Shown: positions 30,687-38,519 of the stretch, in pieces
Layout of the letters: each line of letters begins with the position of its first letter
Position numbering within the stretch: the first letter of the stretch is position 1
Assembly: GCA_963801355.1 (NCBI GenBank)
Contig: CAWDEM010000008.1
Coordinates: forward strand, 1,920,001-1,984,000
Length of the DNA stretch: 64,000 nt
Origin: Ignavibacteriota bacterium
GTDB taxonomy: Bacteria > Bacteroidota > Ignavibacteria > UBA10030 > UBA6906
Direction: 5' to 3'
Notes under the pieces: generated by a model
What the model saw: only the letters and a program-made list of their open reading frames with translations
Database searches by the model: none
What the model was told of the DNA's origin: nothing
Position numbers and translations under genes: made by a program

Positions 30687-32627
30687 TCAGTATTCGAACA
30701 CGAGACACTCACCTGGCCCGAGGGCTACGTTGAGCACGCCATGCATCAGGTGTACACGCTTGCCGGACAGCAGGTCGACAACCTGAGTCTTTGTAGTGTT
30801 GAGTGTAGTCTTGGACATCTGCGTTGCGTGGAAATCCATATTGCCGATGACGGCCACGCGCAGTTTTCCTCCAGGGACGACGCGGGCGAATGACAACACG
30901 TGCGTATTGCCCTCGTGAAGCATCTGCATGGTTGCAGGCGTGGATTGCACCACAAGCGAGCGGTACTTCTTCCGCACTGATTGCACTTTGGCGATAAGCG
31001 GCGCGAATTGCTCCTGGCTGATCCAGTTGTACCCCCCTTCGCTGAACAATGGGAGTTTTTCGGATGGGAGAGCCCGTATCTGAGCACTGGTAAAGTCCAG
31101 ACCGGTGTTGATCGGGAAGCGCTCCGCAAGTTCGTAGCCGGAATGGAGAAATGGTATTCCCGGCAGGAAGGCATTGATCACCGCCGCCCACCGTGAGTAC
31201 GGGACGCCGCCGGGACGCGACGCTGCGCGCGGCGTGTTGTGGTTCTCGGGCGTCGCGAAAAACGGAATCGGAAACTCCTCTTTGGTTCTGTGGACGCAGA
31301 AGGCCCGCATGCGGTCGGCATGATGCTGATCGAAGATCGTGTAGCCGAATACGGCGTTGTACCCTTCGTCGCGGCTTTTCCGGGTGACGGAGAAATTCTC
31401 GTCCCAGAAGGCAAAATCGGCATTCAGCCCTCGCGCCTTCTTGACCATCTCCGCTTTCAACTCCATGGGCAGAGCGTGCCCCATGTCGATCATGACACCG
31501 TCGATACCGAATTCCCGTTGGTAGTACGGCACGATGCCCACGATCCTATCCCATAACGGCCTGTTGACATGTTCCGGCCGGGCGAGGCGCGCATCGTACA
31601 TGCGGATGGTGTTGTAGCCGATATAGTTGAATTCCGGGTGCGTGTACATCCGGAGATATGTCACGTCGTTCCAGGGCGGCTGATTGTCGTCCGGCGGCCA
31701 ATCGGCGAATGCTCCGGGAATCCGCACGCGTGTTCCGTCGGCCAGTGTGCCGATGTAGCGTCCATCTTCCTTCTTCACCGTCTGGGCATCCGGCGGTTCC
31801 GTGAAGAATTCACGATAGACACGATGCGGCGGGACAAGTGCGTCGAGCTTCTTTGCATCCACGTCGCGATGAATCTGCGCCAGCTCCTCCGGCGAGAAAA
31901 TGGGGGAGCCGTATTTGTGTTCATCCGTTTCATTGGGAGCCCGCGGGGGAACGGACTCCTTGATCCAGTAGAACCATTCGGGATGCTCTTTCACCCAATC
32001 GCCGTCCTTGGCCGCCGTCCTGAAGACAAACTCCACAACCACGCGCAAGCCCAGACGATGGGCCGCCTCCACGAAGGCCTTGAACTCGGTCTTGATGTCC
32101 AGACCCAGTGTCGGCTCTCCCAGGTTCTCGTCGAGTTCGTACGGATTGCGGATGGCATAAGGGGAACCGAGCGTCCCCTTGTTGCCGTCGTGTCCGATGG
32201 AGGTGATGGGCAGGAGATGCACCGTGTTCGCGCCGAGCCGCTTGATGTACGGAAGCATCGCCATCGCTTTGACAAATGTCCCCGTTTCGCGAAACCCTTC
32301 CGGGTTTGTCGGAAGATCGAGCGCACTGTTGCCGTCATGATCGAAGGCGGTCGTGGTCCGCACGAAGAGATTGTAGATCACTGCGTTGCGCGTCCATTCG
32401 CCACCGCTGGGTGCGGGACGTTTCGGCGCTTTGGCCGCTTTGAGCTTTTTGACTATGCCGAGATAGTAGGCGTACGGGTGCACCTTGATCCTCCGGGGCG
32501 TGCCGCGGAGTGACCCCCAGAGAGATGGAACTGTGTAATGGTATTTGCGGAGGCGACTCTCGCGCACTTTGTGCTTGAGTGCACGCACGATCTGATCCAG
32601 TGCCTTTGGAGGTGTGTATGTTCCCAT
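30687..32627 (-). CDS. Cytoplasmic GH13 protein resembling Thermotoga maltodextrin glycosyltransferase (maltosyltransferase)
   Basis: ETGTF.K...LPY, GSPYAI.N, VVEFVFRTAA.D, FADWP..D.QPPW.DVTYLR.Y, GIDGVMIDMGHALP, ENHNTPR; no signal peptide. Confidence 0.75.
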   Translation of the reverse strand: MGTYTPPKALDQIVRALKHKVRESRLRKYHYTVPSLWGSLRGTPRRIKVHPYAYYLGIVKKLKAAKAPKRPAPSGGEWTRNAVIYNLFVRTTTAFDHDGNSALDLPTNPEGFRETGTFVKAMAMLPYIKRLGANTVHLLPITSIGHDGNKGTLGSPYAIRNPYELDENLGEPTLGLDIKTEFKAFVEAAHRLGLRVVVEFVFRTAAKDGDWVKEHPEWFYWIKESVPPRAPNETDEHKYGSPIFSPEELAQIHRDVDAKKLDALVPPHRVYREFFTEPPDAQTVKKEDGRYIGTLADGTRVRIPGAFADWPPDDNQPPWNDVTYLRMYTHPEFNYIGYNTIRMYDARLARPEHVNRPLWDRIVGIVPYYQREFGIDGVMIDMGHALPMELKAEMVKKARGLNADFAFWDENFSVTRKSRDEGYNAVFGYTIFDQHHADRMRAFCVHRTKEEFPIPFFATPENHNTPRAASRPGGVPYSRWAAVINAFLPGIPFLHSGYELAERFPINTGLDFTSAQIRALPSEKLPLFSEGGYNWISQEQFAPLIAKVQSVRKKYRSLVVQSTPATMQMLHEGNTHVLSFARVVPGGKLRVAVIGNMDFHATQMSKTTLNTTKTQVVDLLSGKRVHLMHGVLNVALGPGECLVFEY

Positions 32628-32673
32628 AGATGCGTGTCGGAGTTGTTCTGATTGAGTGTGAATAGTGTCCGGA

Positions 32674-34983
32674 CTATTTTTTACTTTCCCTGCTCTTCCC
32701 CATCACTCCCGTACCGGCGGAGCCGGGTTCCGGCGCGTTCGATGCCCCATCGCGGATGATGGGCGTAAAGGCTCTCACCGGCATCCTGCCGCCGGCCAGC
32801 CGTGCAAAACGGTACACATTGTTCAGATGGGCGAGATACGCGAGATCAAACGGTGTGTCACCTGCGGGAGCAGTCTGATCGGCGCCATACCACCAGAACC
32901 AATCCGATCCCTCGGCGGCATACATCTCTTCCCACGCCATGTAGGCGTACCATGCGCGTGTTCCTTCGCGCGGTGCGTCGCCCCGCGGGTCCGGCCGTTG
33001 TACCCCCGATCGCTGCAGGTCCTGCCGGACCCGCAGGAGGTACTCCCATGCTGCGTTTTCTTCCTTTTCTCCAACCCAGGTGTCAAAGTTGCCGTTGATC
33101 CATGAGCCGGGCCAGAGCCACTCCATGGCCGGTTGCGAGGCCACGGGGTGGGGGGGGATGCCGCGACCGGGATTCCCTGCGATATATTCGGACATTGTTG
33201 TGGAAGTGATGCGTCCCTGCTTATACAGTGCTCCGAGCTTGCGGTACAATGCATGGAGGAACTTCTTGCCGTCGACATCCTGCCGGTACCACTCCCACGC
33301 ATTTTCGCCGTCGAGAATTACCGTGATGAGCGCATCCGGTTGATCCTTGCCCGGCGCGAACCCGAGAAGACTCTGTACGAAGTCCTCCGCTGCGGCCTCG
33401 CCGTCCATCGACTGATATTTGAAACCGATCCTGTCGGAGAGCTCGGTATCGCGGAACACCAGCGATATCGGCTTTCGGCCCGCCGGGAACCGGAATGGCG
33501 TGGTGTTCGGCTGATCCGCCGGACGTGAGCGCTGCAGCACGCGCACATCGCTCGCGGTCCAGAGAATCCCGTTGTCGCGGAACACCTCCAGGACCGGCTG
33601 GGCCACCGACCCTTCTCCGGGCCACATCCCCGTCGGCGCAGCGCCGAAGATCTCCTTGTACATGCTGACCGCTTTCACGACTTGCGCCCGGGCATCCTCG
33701 GGGTATGCGAAACGCGGGGGGAGGGAATCATGCGGTTGACAGGTGCGTGCAAGGTCCGAATCGTAGATCAACGGCAGAATCGGATGGTAGTATGGCGTTG
33801 TGATGATATCGATCTGGCCGGTCCGTTTCTCCGGTGAATACTGTAAGGAGCGGTGCACGGGGATGACTGCCGCCATGACGTTGTATGCTTCCACGACCAT
33901 GCGCACGCAGTCAGCGTGTGTCACGGCACGTTGCAGCCGGAACACACCGTTCCCTTCCTCCTGCACCAGATCGCTCAGGTCGCACACTACGCCTCCCGGC
34001 AGCGTCACCGGCCCGCGCAGGAAGTCCGGATCGAAATATGCCAGGTAGAACCAGAAAACAATTTCCTGCAACTCCGGCACGGTGAACATATCGCCCTGCG
34101 GATCGGCAGACGATGCTTGTTTCTGTTTCAGGGCCTGATACTGTGGAAAGCGCTCGAGCATCACGTCATTGATGCCGAAGGCGTTCCAGGCGTTTCTGTA
34201 GATGAAATCCTTGTCATTGCCGGTGTAGGATGCAGCGGGAGTGAGCGCCAGATCGATCCACGGATCTGTTTTTCCTTTCCAGTGTTCCCAGAAACCACGG
34301 GTGTCAATCGTCCGTTTCCGGGCGTCTATATACGGCCCCAGCCGGTCAAGATAGTAGCCGCGGAGCTGGTGGAGCAGCGAAGAGGTGAGATTGATCGTAC
34401 AATGAACATCGGGATACTTCTCGAGCATGGCCGCCATGTCATAGTAGTCTTTCGTGCCATGCGTGCGTACCCAGGGACCGGCAAGCTGGTCGGTTTCCGG
34501 ATCGGCGTAGAGAGGTTGATGCTGGTGCCAGAGGATGTGGACATATACCTTCTTGCGATCCCCGGCGGGGGCATAGACATCGTTCGGGTTCAGCGTGGCC
34601 GGCGGCGGTTCCGCCGAAAGAAGGATTTGGTTTCCGGCAGTCAGCACGAACACCGAATTCTGCGAAGACCGATTGTAGTTGTCGATCAGTGCGGGATTGT
34701 CCGGGTCATTGACATACTCCGTTCCATCCACCAGGAATTTGTACTGGTAGAGCCCCGGCCGGAGCGGTCGGACGGTTGACCAGACCCCATGGGGCCCCGC
34801 TTTGAGCCGGTCGACTTCCTTGGACCAGCCGTTGAAGTCCGCCACGACGGAGACGCTGGATTTCACCTGTCCAGTATAGGCAAACCGGACACCGTCCTGT
34901 ACGATGGTAGGCTGGGCAATGCCGCCAGTCGTGGCCCCGAGCACCATGACACCTGCGAGTACAATAGCTATGGATGTTTTCAT
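32674..34983 (-). CDS. Exported GH57 amylopullulanase-type enzyme with N-terminal CBM48-like domain
   Basis: Signal peptide; DFNGW..YQYKF.VDG..DP.NP; WHQHQP, PYYHPILPL, GMWPGEG, ILDGENAWE, AEGSDWFWW. Confidence 0.92.
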   Translation of the reverse strand: MKTSIAIVLAGVMVLGATTGGIAQPTIVQDGVRFAYTGQVKSSVSVVADFNGWSKEVDRLKAGPHGVWSTVRPLRPGLYQYKFLVDGTEYVNDPDNPALIDNYNRSSQNSVFVLTAGNQILLSAEPPPATLNPNDVYAPAGDRKKVYVHILWHQHQPLYADPETDQLAGPWVRTHGTKDYYDMAAMLEKYPDVHCTINLTSSLLHQLRGYYLDRLGPYIDARKRTIDTRGFWEHWKGKTDPWIDLALTPAASYTGNDKDFIYRNAWNAFGINDVMLERFPQYQALKQKQASSADPQGDMFTVPELQEIVFWFYLAYFDPDFLRGPVTLPGGVVCDLSDLVQEEGNGVFRLQRAVTHADCVRMVVEAYNVMAAVIPVHRSLQYSPEKRTGQIDIITTPYYHPILPLIYDSDLARTCQPHDSLPPRFAYPEDARAQVVKAVSMYKEIFGAAPTGMWPGEGSVAQPVLEVFRDNGILWTASDVRVLQRSRPADQPNTTPFRFPAGRKPISLVFRDTELSDRIGFKYQSMDGEAAAEDFVQSLLGFAPGKDQPDALITVILDGENAWEWYRQDVDGKKFLHALYRKLGALYKQGRITSTTMSEYIAGNPGRGIPPHPVASQPAMEWLWPGSWINGNFDTWVGEKEENAAWEYLLRVRQDLQRSGVQRPDPRGDAPREGTRAWYAYMAWEEMYAAEGSDWFWWYGADQTAPAGDTPFDLAYLAHLNNVYRFARLAGGRMPVRAFTPIIRDGASNAPEPGSAGTGVMGKSRESKK

Positions 34984-35046
34984 ATGTGTCCTAGTCCCAA
35001 GCTCTCATCGCTCTTCCTTAACCCCGCCCTCAATCCTAACCTGAAC

Positions 35047-36573
35047 CTATTTTCCTCTCTCAATCACCATCCCCGACAGGCCAGGCAGGATCACGGTGGG
35101 ATCCCCATTCTGGTCGGGCCCAAGGTCACTCCCCATCGGGTGAACAACGCGCCACATCCCGCTTCCTCCAACAGCGCTGAGTGGAAGGGCTACGCGTGCA
35201 GGCAAGGGCCCCGCGTTCAGCACAACGACTCCGCGTGATGCGCCGTCTTTGCGAGCGAAGATAAAGACCTTCTGCTCGTCATCGGCACGCAGAGTCTCGT
35301 ACGACCCTTGACGCCACAAAGCGTGCGCGCGGCGCAATGCAATCATCGCTTTGTACCACTCGAGGAGTTCGGCTCGCTGCTTCTTCTTATCCCAGACCAT
35401 CGTTCCGCGGCACGCCGGATCCTTCCCGCCTTCCATGCCGATTTCGTCACCGTAGTACACCATTGGCGCACCGGGATAGGTCATTTGAAACAGCACACCC
35501 AGCTTTTCACGCTGCTCATTGCCGGCGCACACAGTACGCAAGCGTTCAGTGTCATGACTCCCCAGAAGGTTGAGCAGCGCAAAGTTCACCTGCTCGGGAT
35601 AGTCCTGCCGTTGGTGAGCAAGGGCCGTGTCAAACGCTGTCGGGCTGGTTGTTCCTAGCGCAAGGAATTGCAGGCAAAGGTCGCGAAGACGGTAGTTCAT
35701 CACCGCGTCGAACTGATCCCCCTGCAGCCACGCATTGGCGTTATCCCATATCTCGCCAACGATATAGCAGTCCGGGTTGATGGATTTCACAAGCTTCCGC
35801 CACTCGATCCAGAAATCGTGCGGAATCTCATTCGGGACATCCAGACGCCACCCATCAACCCCCATCGTTGTCCACTTGCGCGCGACATTGAAGAGATACG
35901 CGCGCACGGCCGGGTTCTCCGTCCGCAGTTTGGGCAGCGAGCCATGCCCCCACCAGCATTCGTAGTTGGGCCGGGACGGAGGACCGACGGGAAAGCTGCG
36001 TATGGTGTACCAGTCCTTGTAGAGTGATCGCTTTCCTTTCGCCCGGACATCAGCGAAGGCGAAGAAGGCGATACCGGTGTGGTTGAACACGCCGTCAATC
36101 ACCACACGGATCCCACGGACATGGCATGAATCAAGCAATCGCTTGAATGTCGCATCATCTCCGAAATGCGGGTCTATCCGCATGTAATCGGTCGTATTGT
36201 ATTTGTGATTCGTCGTCGCTTCAAAGATAGGGTTCAGATAGAGCGCATTGACTCCGAGATCCTGAATGTAGTCCAGGCGGTCGATGATCCCTTGCAGATC
36301 TCCGCCGGAGAAATTGCGTCCCGTGGGCTTTTCGCCCCATGGTACGACACCACGGGGGTCGTTTGCCGTGTCACCATTGGCGAATCGTTCGGGAAAAATC
36401 TGGTAGAAGACCGCGTCCTTGACCCAATCGGGGACAAAGCTGCCGGCCCGGAGTGGCAACGCCGCGGCTATCATGAGCAATGCTCCACCGAGGAAGCGAA
36501 CGGGCATTCGGACCGATACGTGACGACGTTTATTGACGCGTGCAATCTGCTGTGCACCAGGAGAGGCATTCAC
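35047..36573 (-). CDS. Exported GH13 neopullulanase/cyclomaltodextrinase-like alpha-glycosidase
   Basis: FYQIFPERF, DGVFNH, DGWRLDV, GEIW, LGSHD, YYGDEIG; hydrophobic N-terminus. Start is GTG 36573 or ATG 36507. Confidence 0.92.
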   Translation of the reverse strand: MNASPGAQQIARVNKRRHVSVRMPVRFLGGALLMIAAALPLRAGSFVPDWVKDAVFYQIFPERFANGDTANDPRGVVPWGEKPTGRNFSGGDLQGIIDRLDYIQDLGVNALYLNPIFEATTNHKYNTTDYMRIDPHFGDDATFKRLLDSCHVRGIRVVIDGVFNHTGIAFFAFADVRAKGKRSLYKDWYTIRSFPVGPPSRPNYECWWGHGSLPKLRTENPAVRAYLFNVARKWTTMGVDGWRLDVPNEIPHDFWIEWRKLVKSINPDCYIVGEIWDNANAWLQGDQFDAVMNYRLRDLCLQFLALGTTSPTAFDTALAHQRQDYPEQVNFALLNLLGSHDTERLRTVCAGNEQREKLGVLFQMTYPGAPMVYYGDEIGMEGGKDPACRGTMVWDKKKQRAELLEWYKAMIALRRAHALWRQGSYETLRADDEQKVFIFARKDGASRGVVVLNAGPLPARVALPLSAVGGSGMWRVVHPMGSDLGPDQNGDPTVILPGLSGMVIERGK

Positions 36574-36578
36574 CGTTC

Positions 36579-36638
36579 ACAATAGAGATTGTGGTTCTGA
36601 AAAGCAACGCTTGCTTTGACGCTGGAACCTGCTATATT
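36579..36638. promoter_or_regulatory. Divergent back-to-back sigma70 promoters
   Basis: Minus: TTGCTT(36607-36602)-17-TATTGT(36584-36579). Plus: TTGCTT(36611-36616)-16-TATATT(36633-36638) with an extended -10 TG. Confidence 0.5.
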
Positions 36639-36694
36639 CTTTTCCATCAAAAGACTTTCGCCCTGCAACCTCATACAAAGACGTCCGCAGATCG

Positions 36695-38506
36695 ATGAAA
36701 CAACGCCGACCGCCCCCTCACCGCCGTGTGCAGGAACAACTCAGTGCATCCAGGCGCCATGCCTACCTGGCCATCACGTTTGCGTTTCCTTGTGTCGTCC
36801 TGCTTCTCCTGGAAGCCAGTCTGCGTGTTCTTCATTATGGACCTGACCTTTCACTCTTCATCACCCAGGAACTGCACGGCCGCACATATCACATCATGAA
36901 TCCTGAAGTGCGCCGTCGGTACTTTTCCCGGGTTTCATTCGCTCCCTCCACTTCACCCGACTATTTTCTCGTGCCAAAACCAGAAGGCACATATCGCATC
37001 TTCTGCTTCGGCGGCTCCACCACGGCAGGCTTCCCCTATTGGTTCAACGGTGCCTTCTCGTCGTTCCTCCGTGACCGGTTGCGGAGCAGCTTCCCAGACC
37101 GCCCCATCGAAGTAATCAATTTGGGCATGACCGCAACCAACAGCTACACAGTTGTCGATATGGCAAGGGATGCGCTTGAGTATGAACCCGACCTCATCAT
37201 CGTGTATGACGGGCATAACGAGTTCTATGGCGCACTCGGCACTGCCTCGCGTGAAGCGATGGGTGGTTCACGATGGTTGTCGCACCTCGCCCTTGCGCTT
37301 GCCCATGCCCGCACATATCAGCTCGCACTCGATATCTCTGCGGCGTTCAGCAGCGTCTTCGGCAACAGTGACAACCCCGCATCGCGCGGGACCCTGATGG
37401 AGCGCCTCGCACGTGGGAAGACCGTGCCGTATGACAGTCAGACCTATCGCGACGGACTGGAGATATTCTCGGCGAATCTCCAAGAGCTCAAAGAACTGTG
37501 CACTGACCGCGGGGTACCAGTCATTCTTGGAACGCAGGTATCCAATCTCCGGGGTCTTGTTCCCTTTGTCTCAGGCACTCCCCCCGAGACGCCTCCGCAG
37601 ACACGCCTGGCCTTCAATACTCGCTTCAATACCGGGATTGAGCAGCGCTTGAACGGGAACTTCGTTGCCGCCGTAGCGAACTTCCGCGCCGCAGCTGAAC
37701 TGGTGCCTGGCCACGCGGAGGCACATTACCGCCTTGCCCAAGCCCTCGATACGCTCGGACGGACCGCGGAAGCACTTCCAGAATACGTCATAGCTCGCGA
37801 TCTTGATGAACTCCGCTTCCGCGCATGCACAGACTTCAACATAGCCATCCGCACCATGGACGACGGGAAGACATTCTTCTGTGCCGACATGGAAGCGTCA
37901 TTTGCCGGCGCATCCCCCGCACACATCATCGGCAATGACCTGATTCTCGATCATCTCCATCCTACCGCATTCGGGCAGTTCCTTATGGCCCGTTCCTTCG
38001 CCCAGGCGATGCGCACCAACGGACTTCTAGCGACTGAACATCAGTGGAGCAAGGCCGACACACTCAGCGACAATGCTCTCTGGAGCAACCGGCACGTGAC
38101 ATCCGTCGATGACCGCATCGCTGCGCGGCGAATCGAGGCACTTGTCACTGCCTGGCCGTTCCAATCGGAAGAAATGCCACTTAGGGAGATTACGCCCCGC
38201 GATACACTCGGCCAGATCGCAGACCAGTTTGCCCGCGGAGAGATCCACTGGAAACAGGCGCATGACAGCGCCACAGCGTACTACTCTTCGCGCAAGAATC
38301 TCCGTGCCCTCGAAAGAGAGTACCGGACGGTCATTAACCAGCTTCCGTACATCGATATCGCACCCTATATCCACCTCGCACAACTCCTCCTGGACCAGAG
38401 GAAGACCAGCGAAGCGCGCGATATCCTCCAGAAACTCCTCGCGATTGAACCCGATTGCCCGCCTGCAATGGAATTGCTCAGTAACATGCACGCGCCCGCA
38501 CGGTGA
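36695..38506 (+). CDS. Membrane-anchored SGNH/GDSL-fold protein with TPR repeats (paralogue 1)
   Basis: One N-terminal TM; FGGSTTAG, INLG, YDGHNE, DHLHP blocks; TPR helices inserted and at the C-terminus. Confidence 0.85.
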   Translation: MKQRRPPPHRRVQEQLSASRRHAYLAITFAFPCVVLLLLEASLRVLHYGPDLSLFITQELHGRTYHIMNPEVRRRYFSRVSFAPSTSPDYFLVPKPEGTYRIFCFGGSTTAGFPYWFNGAFSSFLRDRLRSSFPDRPIEVINLGMTATNSYTVVDMARDALEYEPDLIIVYDGHNEFYGALGTASREAMGGSRWLSHLALALAHARTYQLALDISAAFSSVFGNSDNPASRGTLMERLARGKTVPYDSQTYRDGLEIFSANLQELKELCTDRGVPVILGTQVSNLRGLVPFVSGTPPETPPQTRLAFNTRFNTGIEQRLNGNFVAAVANFRAAAELVPGHAEAHYRLAQALDTLGRTAEALPEYVIARDLDELRFRACTDFNIAIRTMDDGKTFFCADMEASFAGASPAHIIGNDLILDHLHPTAFGQFLMARSFAQAMRTNGLLATEHQWSKADTLSDNALWSNRHVTSVDDRIAARRIEALVTAWPFQSEEMPLREITPRDTLGQIADQFARGEIHWKQAHDSATAYYSSRKNLRALEREYRTVINQLPYIDIAPYIHLAQLLLDQRKTSEARDILQKLLAIEPDCPPAMELLSNMHAPAR

Positions 38507-38519
38507 GCATCTCACCTTC

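Noticed and set aside
29432-30712. 426-aa alternative-frame ORF overlapping the second MFS gene
   Set aside because: Arg/His/Pro-rich off-frame translation of a clear MFS gene.
31114-31126. GGGAAGCGCTCCG, a partial match to the LacI operator
   Set aside because: Lies inside a coding region, is imperfect, and is not near a promoter.
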